Below, in pieces: positions 28,738-36,850 of a DNA stretch of 64,000 nucleotides. The notes beneath the pieces are model-generated. The model was not told the DNA's origin. It saw nothing but the letters and a program-made list of their open reading frames with translations, and did not search any database. Each line of letters begins with the position of its first letter. Positions within the stretch are counted from its first letter, which is position 1. A program made the translations under genes and the position numbers. This stretch comes from Frankiales bacterium (lineage in GTDB: Bacteria; Actinomycetota; Actinomycetes; Mycobacteriales; SCTD01): the NCBI GenBank assembly GCA_025966135.1, contig JAOPVP010000054.1:539-64538 (forward strand), read 5' to 3'.

Positions 28738-29133
28738 ATGGTGTTCCTCAAGCCGAAGACCGTCGTCTCCGCCCACTGCGATCTGCCATGCGGCGTCTAC
28801 GACCCCGCCCAGGCGCGCATCGAGGCCGAGTCGGTCAAGGCGATCCAGGAGAAGTACCAGGGCAACGAGGACCCGGTGTTCCGCCAGCGCGCCGTGCTCA
28901 TCAAGGAGCAGCGGGCCGAGCTCGTGAAGCACCACCTCGCCGTGCTGTGGCACGACTACTTCAAGGCACCGCACTTCGAGAAGTACCCGCAGCTGCACGC
29001 CCTGTTCAACGACACCATCAAGCTCGCCAGCGGTACCGGCAACAAGCAGTCGATGGACCCGGCCGACGGCCAGAAGCTCCTCGACGGCATCGCGCAGATC
29101 GACACCATCTTCTGGGAGACCAAGAAGGCCTGA
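28738..29133 (+). CDS. sodN: Nickel superoxide dismutase precursor
   Basis: 131-aa ORF. A 14-aa propeptide (MVFLKPKTVVSA) is followed by the Ni-hook HCDLPCGVYDPA. RBS is AGGAAGGA. Confidence 0.95.
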   Translation: MVFLKPKTVVSAHCDLPCGVYDPAQARIEAESVKAIQEKYQGNEDPVFRQRAVLIKEQRAELVKHHLAVLWHDYFKAPHFEKYPQLHALFNDTIKLASGTGNKQSMDPADGQKLLDGIAQIDTIFWETKKA

Positions 29134-29134
29134 G
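29115..29134 (+). repeat. attL-like direct repeat (last sodN codons plus stop)
   Basis: GGAGACCAAGAAGGCCTGAG, identical to 30625..30644. It encodes ...ETKKA-stop of sodN. Confidence 0.8.
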
Positions 29135-29162
29135 AATGCCCGTGGGTCTCTGACCTGCGGCT

Positions 29163-29753
29163 TTACCCTTCGGATGCCCTCTCGGTCCGCACAGAGTCCG
29201 CAAGCGGACCGAGAGCGGCGTCCATCACCTTCCTCGTGCGGTCCTCGTCACCGGGCCACAGGTGCGAGTAGACCCGCAGCGTGATCGCCGCGGACGAGTG
29301 CCCGAGGACCGTCTGCACCTGCTTCACGCTCGCACCGCCGCTGATCAGCGCCGACGCCGTGAAGTGTCGGAGCGCGTGCGTGTCGAAGTTCAACGGGGCG
29401 CAACGACCCTCCTTCTTGGCGGCGGCGACCTCGGCGGGGGTCATCCGCGCGAGTTCCTCAGCAGTCAGTGCCGTGGCCGACAGGGTCGCCTTCCACACCG
29501 GGTTCCACTGCCTGAACGTCAGCGGCTGACCGGCCTCGGTCGTGAACAGCGCCTCGTCGGACGGGTACGCCGCGAGGGGCGCCGCGAGCTGGTCGATGAC
29601 GACCTGACCGAGCGGCACGGTCCTCGTGCTCTTGGGCGTCTTGGTAGGCCCGACCGTGCCGTCCTGCAGCCGCTGGCGTTCGACCCGGACGGTGGTGTCC
29701 AGTGGGACGCGGTGGGTTTCAGGTATCACGGTATCGCCCCTTCCAGGCGCCAC
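29163..29753 (-). pseudogene. Tyrosine recombinase/integrase, N-terminally truncated (C-terminal catalytic half only)
   Basis: The 196-aa ORF has HALRHFTASALI and LGHSSAAITLRVYSHL (H-x-x-R, then His and catalytic Tyr). The N-terminal core-binding domain and the first catalytic Arg region are missing. Confidence 0.8.
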
Positions 29754-29797
29754 TCTGGCTAACGGCGAAGGATTTCCTCCGCAGTCGGAGGTTGAGC

Positions 29798-30268
29798 ATG
29801 AATCGCAAAGTGTTAGGCATCCTGACCACAGTGCTGGCGATGCTGGCGCTGCTGGCCATGCCGGCGAACGCGCAGCCCGCCCGGTCGTTGAGGATCACGG
29901 GTTTGTCCGCTGCCGTCGGTTCCGGACTCATCAACCTGACCGGCACGTTGCACTGCAAAGTGCCCGCGGGCGACCCGATCCTCAACCCCAACTACGTAGT
30001 CACCCTCGTTGATGCGCGGGCCTTCCAGCCCGGTGTGAGCACGGAACAGGGCGTCAACAACAGCAAGGGTGTCTTCCGGTGCGCCGACGGCGCCTTCTCT
30101 GTGCTGATCTTCCCCCCGGACTACACGCCGCGATTCGTGGCGGGCAAGAAGACCGAGATCAAGTTGCTCATCCTGGCCTGCCCCCCCGACCAGCAGTTCC
30201 CGACCGCCAACTGCTTGTCCTTGCAGTTGGACCAGACCTTGCGCACCACCGCGTTCGTGCCTGCCTAA
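29798..30268 (+). CDS. Small secreted Cys-containing protein of unknown function (island cargo)
   Basis: Frame of ORF 29702..30268. ATG 29798 follows GGAGG. Signal peptide MNRKVLGILTTVLAMLALLAMPANA-QP. The mature part has 4 Cys. I recognise no family. Confidence 0.65.
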   Translation: MNRKVLGILTTVLAMLALLAMPANAQPARSLRITGLSAAVGSGLINLTGTLHCKVPAGDPILNPNYVVTLVDARAFQPGVSTEQGVNNSKGVFRCADGAFSVLIFPPDYTPRFVAGKKTEIKLLILACPPDQQFPTANCLSLQLDQTLRTTAFVPA

Positions 30269-30624
30269 GACGGGTGTAGTCCTCGACCCTCACGCGGAGG
30301 TTCCTCGCCCGGGTCCTTGATCAGCGTGCAGATCAGACACGTCTCCTCCGCAGCGGGGTCCAGGCAGAAGATGCTGATGCCGATGCTGCTGTGTCGGGGC
30401 TCGCGTCCGTTGTCGTGCGCGTCAGGATCGCACCAGGGATGGGCAGGTGCTTCGTGCGTTCAGGGCCTTCCTCCAAATCGGTTTTGTGCCCGGGTCCAGT
30501 CCGCAGAGAGTCCGCAAGACTGTCTAACGAGTTCGTCGCTGTTCAACTTCTCCCAACGGCAAAGATGCAGGTCAGAGGGCATATCCAGCACTAGCCAACG
30601 ATTGCCAACCACGCGGGACTAGTT

Positions 30625-30644
30625 GGAGACCAAGAAGGCCTGAG
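30625..30644 (+). repeat. attR-like direct repeat (second copy of the sodN 3' end)
   Basis: GGAGACCAAGAAGGCCTGAG, followed within 10 nt by the strong terminator. Confidence 0.8.
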
Positions 30645-30653
30645 CACTCCGCA

Positions 30654-30696
30654 CCAGCCCGGCTCCTCACCCGAGGGGTCGGGCTGGTTTGCTTTG
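30654..30696 (+). terminator. Rho-independent terminator, probably the original sodN terminator
   Basis: A 15-bp stem pairs 30654..30668 with 30673..30687 (two G-U pairs) around the loop ACCC. It is followed by TTTGCTTTG. Confidence 0.75.
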
Positions 30697-31245
30697 CGGG
30701 TGACTGAGATCTGGGTCGTCAGGCATGGCGAGACGGAGTGGTCGAGAACCGGGCAGCACACCGGACGCACCGACCTGCCCCTGCTGCCCGAGGGCGAGGA
30801 GATGGCCCTCGCGCTGAAGCCGAAGCTCGACCGCCCGTGGGCGCTGGTGCTGTCCTCCCCGCTGCAGCGCGCCCGTCGCACCGCCGAGCTGGCTGGCCTG
30901 ACGCCAGTCCTCGACGACGACCTGATGGAGTGGGACTACGGTCCCGCCGAGGGACGTACGACGGCGCAGATGAGCGTCGAGAGCCCGTGGACCGTGTGGG
31001 GCGAGCAGGTGCCGCTGGGCGAGACCCTCGAGCAGGTGGCCGAGCGGGCCCGGAGGGTGCTGGCGAGGCTCCCGACCGGCGGTGACGTGTGTCTCATCGC
31101 GCACGGCCACATGCTGCGGGTGCTGACGGCGGTCTACCTCGAGCTGCGACCGGTGGACGCCAAGCACTTCGTGCTGAAGCCGTGCGGCATCGGCGTACTA
31201 GGACATGAGCACACGTGGCCGGCACTGAAAGGGTGGAACGTGTGA
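30694..31245 (+). CDS. Histidine phosphatase (phosphoglycerate mutase-like) family protein
   Basis: 183-aa ORF with the RHG motif IWVVRHGETEWS, then LSSPLQRARRTAE and IAHGHMLR. The start (TTG 30694 or GTG 30700) is uncertain. Confidence 0.85.
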   Translation: MRVTEIWVVRHGETEWSRTGQHTGRTDLPLLPEGEEMALALKPKLDRPWALVLSSPLQRARRTAELAGLTPVLDDDLMEWDYGPAEGRTTAQMSVESPWTVWGEQVPLGETLEQVAERARRVLARLPTGGDVCLIAHGHMLRVLTAVYLELRPVDAKHFVLKPCGIGVLGHEHTWPALKGWNV

Positions 31246-31718
31246 TCCGACTCGCCACACCCGCCGACGTGCCGGTCGTGCTACAGCTGGTCAAGGAGCT
31301 CGCCTCCTACGAACGCGAGCCGGACGCGGTGCGCGCCTCCGAGGACGACGTGCACGCGGCCCTGTTCGGCCCGGACCCGGTCGCCAGCTGCCACGTTGCG
31401 CTCATGGACGACGAGGTGGTGGGCTTCGCCCTCTGGTACCGGACCTTCAGCACCTGGCAGGGCAAGCCGGGGATGTGGCTCGAGGACCTGTTCGTGCGAC
31501 CTGAGGCGCGAGGCAACGGGCTCGGCACGGCGCTGCTCGTCGAGCTCGCCCGCACAGCCGTCGCACGCGGGTGGATGCGTTTTGAGTGGTGGGTCCTGGA
31601 TTGGAACGAGCCGGCGCAAGGCTTCTACCGCTCGCTGGGCGCCCGGCCAGAGGACGCCTGGACCGTCTGGCGCGTCGACGGGGAGGCGCTGCAGTCCCTC
31701 GCCGCCGGCCAGTCCTAG
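31242..31718 (+). CDS. GNAT-family N-acetyltransferase
   Basis: ORF 31215..31718. GTG 31242 overlaps the upstream stop. Acetyl-CoA motif: VRPEARGNGLGTALLVELARTA. Confidence 0.85.
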   Translation: MIRLATPADVPVVLQLVKELASYEREPDAVRASEDDVHAALFGPDPVASCHVALMDDEVVGFALWYRTFSTWQGKPGMWLEDLFVRPEARGNGLGTALLVELARTAVARGWMRFEWWVLDWNEPAQGFYRSLGARPEDAWTVWRVDGEALQSLAAGQS

Positions 31719-33397
31719 GGGCGGCCCAGCGCGAACGGCGCCTGCACAATGAGCTCCACGTTGCGATCCTCGACCTTGCCGCGGCGGGTGTCGCTGCGCT
31801 CCTGCGGGTCGTTGGCGGCGAGCTCCCGGGCGAGCGACGCCAGCGCCGTCGAGGAGCCCAACCGACCGCCGTACGCCAGGGGGGCCGCAGCGTCGAGGAC
31901 GGTGCCGAACAGCGACAGGGTGCCGTCGCCGTTGTCGACCAGCTCGAGCAGCCGCGCCTGGGCCGGCCAGTCGACGTGCGAGGCGGTGTTGACCTCCCAG
32001 AAACCACCGCCAGAGGCGCGGCGGTACGGCGTGACGCGGTTGACGTGGGTGTGGCCGTTGACCCACGCGACGACGTTCGGGTAGCTGAGCAGCAGGTCCC
32101 GCACCGTGGCACCCAGCACCCGAGGCGAAGGGCTGTCCACGGAGACCAGCTGGTTGGTCATGGACGCGATGGTGTGGTGGCTGAAGACCAGCACGAGCTT
32201 CCCGCGAGCCGCCTGCAGCTGAGCGGTCAACCAGGCCAGCTGGGTCTGGTCGATCGACCCGTCGGACTCGCCGTTGGGGTTGACGGTGTCGAGCACGATC
32301 CCGCGCACCAGCGGTATGGGGTCGAAGACGAAGTAGGCCGTCCCGGCGGCGAGGTTGGCCGCCGTGTAGCCGTGGCCGAGCGGCCTGCCGCCGGTGGAAA
32401 AGTGCTCCTTGACCGTCTCCGTGCGGGTGAGCACCCGCCGTTCGGCGTCGGCGGTGACCACCCGCACGGGCGCGGTCACGAGCTTGGGGACGACCGTGAG
32501 GTCGGCCGCCGCGACATCCGCCAGCGAGACGCCGGCCGGCAGGGACGTCACCTTCAGCGGTCCGGTGGCCAGCGCGCTGAGCTTGAAGGACTGGGGGAAG
32601 TTGCCCTGCACCAGCCCGTCGTGGTTGCCGTAGCAGGTGTACCAGGGCCGCTTCAGACCGTGAGCCGTGAACGGGCGGCGGGCGGCGTCGAGCAGGCCCT
32701 TCACCACCGGGAAGCCGTGGACCGCGCGCAGCGCGTCGTCGGCCTTGCCCGTCGGGGTCCCGTCCGGATGCCAGTAGTGGATGTCGTACGACGTCGCGTC
32801 CTGGTCGTGAACCCCCTCCCACCTGCCGGTGTCGCCGCTGTCCGGGCGGATCGGGAGGCCGTCGAGCAGGTCTATCTGCCAGCGCAGCTCGTTGCGCTGG
32901 CAGTTGTCGGTGTTGTCCCCGGTGCAGATGACGAAGGCCAGCGGACCGCCGGCGACCGGGCCGCGAGCGACCTGTTCGACGGCCGCGACCAGCCGGTCGG
33001 CGACCTGACTGGTGAGCATCTCGTGCGGTCGGTACGCCGCCGAGAACGGCAGGGCGGAACCTGCACCGTCGTTGTAGCGGTCGAGGAACTCCACGCGGGC
33101 CGGGGACTGGGCGTCGACCAGGTGGATGTCGGTGAGTTGGGCGAACGCCAGCAGGGACCGGCGGCGGGTCGCCCGATCGCTGTGTGCCCGGGTGCCGAGG
33201 TCCTGCCGCAGGACGTGCGGCTCGCCCGGCCCTGCGGCCAGTCGCACGTAGCCCCCCGCCCCTGCTTGACCACGCACGACCGTGCTCGCGAGCGTGGTGT
33301 TCTGCGGAGCCACGGGACCCGCCGCCGTGGCCTGTCGGGACGGGAACGAGACGAGGCCGACGACAAGGGCGCCCTTGAAAGCCGCACGTCGTGACAT
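31715..33397 (-). CDS. Tat-exported metallophosphoesterase (TIGR03767-like)
   Basis: Inside ORF 31715..33565. ATG 33397 gives MSRRAAFKGALVVG (twin-Arg). Motifs CTGDNTDN, CYGNHDG and VNGHTHVN. Confidence 0.85.
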   Translation of the reverse strand: MSRRAAFKGALVVGLVSFPSRQATAAGPVAPQNTTLASTVVRGQAGAGGYVRLAAGPGEPHVLRQDLGTRAHSDRATRRRSLLAFAQLTDIHLVDAQSPARVEFLDRYNDGAGSALPFSAAYRPHEMLTSQVADRLVAAVEQVARGPVAGGPLAFVICTGDNTDNCQRNELRWQIDLLDGLPIRPDSGDTGRWEGVHDQDATSYDIHYWHPDGTPTGKADDALRAVHGFPVVKGLLDAARRPFTAHGLKRPWYTCYGNHDGLVQGNFPQSFKLSALATGPLKVTSLPAGVSLADVAAADLTVVPKLVTAPVRVVTADAERRVLTRTETVKEHFSTGGRPLGHGYTAANLAAGTAYFVFDPIPLVRGIVLDTVNPNGESDGSIDQTQLAWLTAQLQAARGKLVLVFSHHTIASMTNQLVSVDSPSPRVLGATVRDLLLSYPNVVAWVNGHTHVNRVTPYRRASGGGFWEVNTASHVDWPAQARLLELVDNGDGTLSLFGTVLDAAAPLAYGGRLGSSTALASLARELAANDPQERSDTRRGKVEDRNVELIVQAPFALGRP

Positions 33398-33551
33398 ATC
33401 CACCCGCGCAGCGTTGCACCTTCCGGGCCCCGCTGTCGCCTCAGGTCCCATTCGCCTTACCGGCTTGACCTGGCTCACAGGTGTAGGAGGGTTACTCCAG
33501 GGCAAGGGACAGCAGGGCGCACAGGCGCCAAGGCAGCTAGAGGGGGAGTCG

Positions 33552-34010
33552 GTGGCGGAGACCACGAGTCAGGATCTGGGCATCGAGGCACCGCCGGGGG
33601 ACATCCAGGACAGGGTCGTACTGCGCCTCCCGGCACTCGGCGCCTACCTGTCGGTCGTGCGCACGGCGACCGCGAGTCTGGCCTCGCGACTGGACTTCAC
33701 CCTCGACGACATCGAGGACCTCCGGATCGCGGTCGACGAGGCATGCGCGATGCTGCTGGCCCAGGCCGTCGCAGGGGCAGACCTCGAGTGCGTCTTCGAG
33801 CTGTCCACGGAAGCGATCGCCGTCTCCGTGACCGTCCCGACACTCGACGGCCTGCCGCCGACCCGTGACACTTTCGCGTGGACGGTGCTGACCGCCCTTG
33901 CCGGGGAGGTCGACGCGACCGCCGACGCCGACCGGTGCGTCACCATCTCCCTGCTGAAACGCCGGGCGGAACTGGGCGAGCCCGTCGGAGCCGAGGCACC
34001 CGCGCTGTGA
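33552..34010 (+). CDS. Anti-sigma factor (RsbW/UsfX-like, HATPase-type)
   Basis: Frame of ORF 33282..34010, starting at GTG 33552. Sequence: LRLPALGAYLSVVRTATASLASRLDFTLDDIEDLRIAVDEACAMLL. The GTGA overlap couples it to the sigma gene. Confidence 0.75.
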   Translation: MAETTSQDLGIEAPPGDIQDRVVLRLPALGAYLSVVRTATASLASRLDFTLDDIEDLRIAVDEACAMLLAQAVAGADLECVFELSTEAIAVSVTVPTLDGLPPTRDTFAWTVLTALAGEVDATADADRCVTISLLKRRAELGEPVGAEAPAL

Positions 34011-34924
34011 GCACCTCCCCCGCCGGCGCCCCGTCTCCCAGCCCGCCGTCGCTGGAGACCACGTCTCCCGAGAGCCCTTCCAGCGAGCTCGAGGACCTCG
34101 ACCTCGAGGCGGATCCGGACGTCGTCGCCGCCACCGCCGAGGTCGCCTCCAGCCGCAGCGAGCGGATCGCTGCCGACCGGGCGCGTGCCCGGGCGATGTT
34201 CGTGGAGCTCCACGGCCTGACCGAGGACGACCGGCAACGGGCCCGCCTGCGCGACCAGCTCGTCGAGATCCACCTGCCGCTGGTCGAGTACCTCGCCCGC
34301 CGGTTCCGCAACCGCGGAGAACCCCTGGACGACCTCGTGCAGGTCGCGACGATCGGCCTCATCAAGTCGGTCGACCGCTTCGACCTCGACCGGGGCGTGG
34401 AGTTCTCGACGTACGCGACCCCCACGATCGTCGGGGAGATCAAGCGGCACTTCCGCGACAAGGGCTGGGCGATCCGGGTCCCCCGGCGGCTGCAGGAGCT
34501 CAAGCTCAACCTCACCAAGGCCACCAGCGAGCTGTCGCAGAAGAACGGCCGGTCCCCGACGGTCGCCGAGCTCGCCCAGCACCTGGGGCTGAGCGAGGAG
34601 GAGATCCTCGAGGGCCTGGAGTCCGCCAACGCCTACTCGGCCGTGTCCCTGGACGCGCCCGACGGTGATGACGACTCCCCTGCCGTTGCCGACTCCCTCG
34701 GCATGGTCGACGACGCGCTGGAGGGGGTGGAGTACCGCGAGTCCCTCAAGCCGCTGCTCGAGAAGCTCCCCGCCCGCGAGAAGAAGATCCTCATGCTGCG
34801 CTTCTTCGGCGGCATGACCCAGTCGCAGATCGCAGCCCAGCTGGGCATCAGCCAGATGCACGTCTCCCGGCTGCTGGCCCGCACGCTGACCCAGCTCCGC
34901 GTGGGTCTGCTCGCCGAGGACTGA
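34007..34924 (+). CDS. SigB/SigF-family (group 3) RNA polymerase sigma factor
   Basis: Frame of ORF 33878..34924, starting at GTG 34007. Region 2: DLVQVATIGLIKSVDRFDLDRGVEFSTYATPTIVGEIKRHFRD. Region 4: MTQSQIAAQLGISQMHVSRL. It has a Ser/Pro/acidic N-terminal extension. Confidence 0.9.
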   Translation: MSTSPAGAPSPSPPSLETTSPESPSSELEDLDLEADPDVVAATAEVASSRSERIAADRARARAMFVELHGLTEDDRQRARLRDQLVEIHLPLVEYLARRFRNRGEPLDDLVQVATIGLIKSVDRFDLDRGVEFSTYATPTIVGEIKRHFRDKGWAIRVPRRLQELKLNLTKATSELSQKNGRSPTVAELAQHLGLSEEEILEGLESANAYSAVSLDAPDGDDDSPAVADSLGMVDDALEGVEYRESLKPLLEKLPAREKKILMLRFFGGMTQSQIAAQLGISQMHVSRLLARTLTQLRVGLLAED

Positions 34925-34927
34925 GCC

Positions 34928-35293
34928 CTAGCTCCGTTCCCGGAAGGCCTCACGGAGCTCCGGCGTCGCATACAGGTAGAGCACCGCTCCAGCCAGCAGG
35001 ACCATCGGTACAGCGACCCACCACGCGCCGGCCTGCAGCACGCTGAGCGCCAGCGGGAACGGGAACACGTTCAGGACGATCGCCGGGGACCGTGACCACG
35101 CCTTGCCCCGGTCAGCGGCGACCGCGAGCACCAGCAGGACCAGGCCGGCAAGGACGGCCCCGGCGGCGGCGAGCTCGATCGCGGCCGTGTCGGCGTTCGC
35201 GAACAGGCCGGCGACGCCGTACCAGATCCCGGTGATGGTGAGGGCTACCCCCTCGAGAGCGAGCAGCAGCGCGAGTCGACGAACGGCGGGCAC
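34928..35293 (-). CDS. Small integral membrane protein of unknown function
   Basis: 121-aa ORF with four hydrophobic segments and GC3-rich codons. Confidence 0.6.
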   Translation of the reverse strand: MPAVRRLALLLALEGVALTITGIWYGVAGLFANADTAAIELAAAGAVLAGLVLLVLAVAADRGKAWSRSPAIVLNVFPFPLALSVLQAGAWWVAVPMVLLAGAVLYLYATPELREAFRERS

Positions 35294-35325
35294 GGCACGA
35301 CGTTAGCCGCCGTTACCCTGACTCC

Positions 35326-36249
35326 ATGCGTGCCCTGCTGGTCGTCAACCCGAAGGCCACGACGACCAGTGCCCGCGTCCGTGACGTGCTCGCGCATGCC
35401 CTCGCCAGTGAGGTGAAGCTCGACGTTGTCGAGACCACCCACCGCAACCACGCGAGCGAGCTGGCGCAGCAGGCCGCCCTCGACGGGCTCGACGTCGTGG
35501 TGGCTCTCGGAGGCGACGGCACCGTCAACGAGGTCGTCAACGGACTGCTGCACGCCGGCCCTCAGCCCGGACTGCCTGCCCTGGCGGTCGTGCCCGCCGG
35601 CAGCACCAATGTCTTCGCTCGGGCGCTCGGCATGCCCAACTCCGCCATCGAGGCCACCAGCCAGCTGCTCGAGGGGCTGCTGGAGGACCGTCGCCGCACG
35701 ATCGGGCTGTCTGTGGCCGAGGATCGCTGGTTCACCTTCAACGCGGGCCTGGGGCTCGACGCCGGCGCCGTCCGCCGGGTGGAGAAGGCCCGGGCCAAGG
35801 GCCGGGCGGCGACGCAGTCGCTGTACGTCCGGTCGGCTGTACGCGAGTTCCTGTTCGGCGCCGCGCACCACAAGCCGGTCCTGACCCTCGAGCGCGAGGG
35901 AGCCGACCCCGTCAGGCTTGCCCTGGCGCTGGTGTGCCAGACCGACCCGTGGACCTTCCTGGGCGAGCGACCGGTCCGGCCCTGCCCCGACGCCTCGTTC
36001 GACAGCGGCCTGGACGTCTTCGGGCTCACCAGCACCCCGGTCACCGCGATCATGCGCCACCTGCCGCAGATCCTGGCGCGCAGCCCCCGGCCGCCACACG
36101 GCAAGCGCGTGGTGGCGCTGCACGACCTCCCGGCTCTCACGCTGACTGCTGATCTGCCGCTGCCGTTCCAGCTCGACGGGGAGGACCTGGGCGACCGCCA
36201 GTCGATCCGCCTGCGCGCGGTGCCGGCAGCTCTGCAGGTCGTGGTCTGA
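35326..36249 (+). CDS. Diacylglycerol kinase-family lipid kinase
   Basis: 307-aa ORF with VVALGGDGTVNEVVNGL and AVVPAGSTNVFAR. Confidence 0.88.
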   Translation: MRALLVVNPKATTTSARVRDVLAHALASEVKLDVVETTHRNHASELAQQAALDGLDVVVALGGDGTVNEVVNGLLHAGPQPGLPALAVVPAGSTNVFARALGMPNSAIEATSQLLEGLLEDRRRTIGLSVAEDRWFTFNAGLGLDAGAVRRVEKARAKGRAATQSLYVRSAVREFLFGAAHHKPVLTLEREGADPVRLALALVCQTDPWTFLGERPVRPCPDASFDSGLDVFGLTSTPVTAIMRHLPQILARSPRPPHGKRVVALHDLPALTLTADLPLPFQLDGEDLGDRQSIRLRAVPAALQVVV

Positions 36250-36266
36250 GGCTCACCCCGGCGCCG

Positions 36267-36286
36267 GATGTGAGATGCGTCACATC
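36267..36286. promoter_or_regulatory. Consensus CRP/FNR-family (Crp/Cmr-type) binding site
   Basis: GATGTGAgatgcgTCACATC. The core TGTGA-N6-TCACA (36269..36284) is perfect. It lies in the 331-bp lower-GC region upstream of whiB1. Confidence 0.65.
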
Positions 36287-36367
36287 AGCTGGAGAGCTGC
36301 CCCGCGCAACGTTAACGAGACGTGACGAAGGCGACACTGCAAGTACGCCGAGATCGAGCGTCAAGCC

Positions 36368-36397
36368 TTGCCACCGCCCAGCGCCGATGATTATGTA
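36368..36397 (+). promoter_or_regulatory. Candidate sigma-70-type promoter for whiB1 (TTGCCA-N18-TATGTA)
   Basis: Hexamers read at 36368..36373 and 36392..36397. This would give a leader of about 175 nt before ATG 36581. Confidence 0.3.
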
Positions 36398-36580
36398 GAC
36401 CTGCGCTCGAGAGCGGGACCTGAGCCCGCGCCGCTGCGCTCGCCGTAGCAGACGAACGCACCACAACGTGACAACCACATCGTGCACAGGCTTCACACGC
36501 ACCACACCGGCGCGGAGCCGCGCTGGTTCCCCGGCAGGCCGCACCCCCCGGCGTCCTGCGAGGCCGAGGAGTTGGACCGC

Positions 36581-36832
36581 ATGGACTGGCGCCACAGCGC
36601 GCTCTGCCGCGAGCAGGACCCCGAGTTGTTCTTCCCGATCGGCACGACCGGCCCCGCCGCCGTGCAGGTCGACGACGCGAAGGCTGTCTGCCGACGCTGT
36701 CCCGTTGTCGAGCCGTGCCTGACCTGGGCCCTCGAGACCGGCCAGGACGCTGGTGTCTGGGGCGGCACCAGCGAGGACGAGCGGCGGGCGATCAAGCGCC
36801 GCGGCACTCGCGTCCGCGTCCGTACCGCCTAG
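36581..36832 (+). CDS. whiB1: WhiB-family [4Fe-4S] transcription factor, WhiB1/WblE-like
   Basis: Frame of ORF 36482..36832, starting at ATG 36581. Sequence: MDWRHSALCREQDPELFFP...AKAVCRRCPVVEPCLTWALETGQDAGVWGGTSEDERRAIKRR. It is adjacent to pdtaS, as I recall for mycobacteria. Confidence 0.92.
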   Translation: MDWRHSALCREQDPELFFPIGTTGPAAVQVDDAKAVCRRCPVVEPCLTWALETGQDAGVWGGTSEDERRAIKRRGTRVRVRTA

Positions 36833-36850
36833 TCACGCTTCTCGTCTCCC

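Larger units (their letters stand above)
29115..30644. mobile_element. Decayed integrative element (about 1.5 kb) inserted in the 3' end of sodN
   Basis: A 20-bp perfect direct repeat GGAGACCAAGAAGGCCTGAG sits at both ends. It encloses a truncated tyrosine recombinase gene next to the left repeat and a small secreted-protein gene. Two 60-nt hand counts inside gave 35/60 G+C, against 41/60 and 44/60 in the core. Confidence 0.75.

Noticed and set aside
29134-29165. Expected tRNA/tmRNA gene next to the integrase
   Set aside because: I could not fold any cloverleaf or find a T-loop (GTTCGAATC-like) sequence around either island end. The duplicated att core is the sodN 3' end instead.
31281-33419. 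712-aa (-) and 602-aa (+) ORFs overlapping the metallophosphoesterase gene
   Set aside because: Only the 31715..33397 minus frame shows metallophosphoesterase motifs and a Tat signal. The other frames are Arg/Pro/Gly-rich artefacts.
33420-33551. SigB/SigF-type promoter (GTTT-N-GGGTA) upstream of the anti-sigma/sigma pair
   Set aside because: Only a loose GGGTTAC near 33490 and a TTGACC at about 33462 without a convincing -10. This is not enough to call.
36481-36499. Second CRP site closer to whiB1 (cGTGCAcaggctTCACAcg)
   Set aside because: Only the right half-site matches. The left half has at most 3/5 matches and needs a non-canonical spacer.
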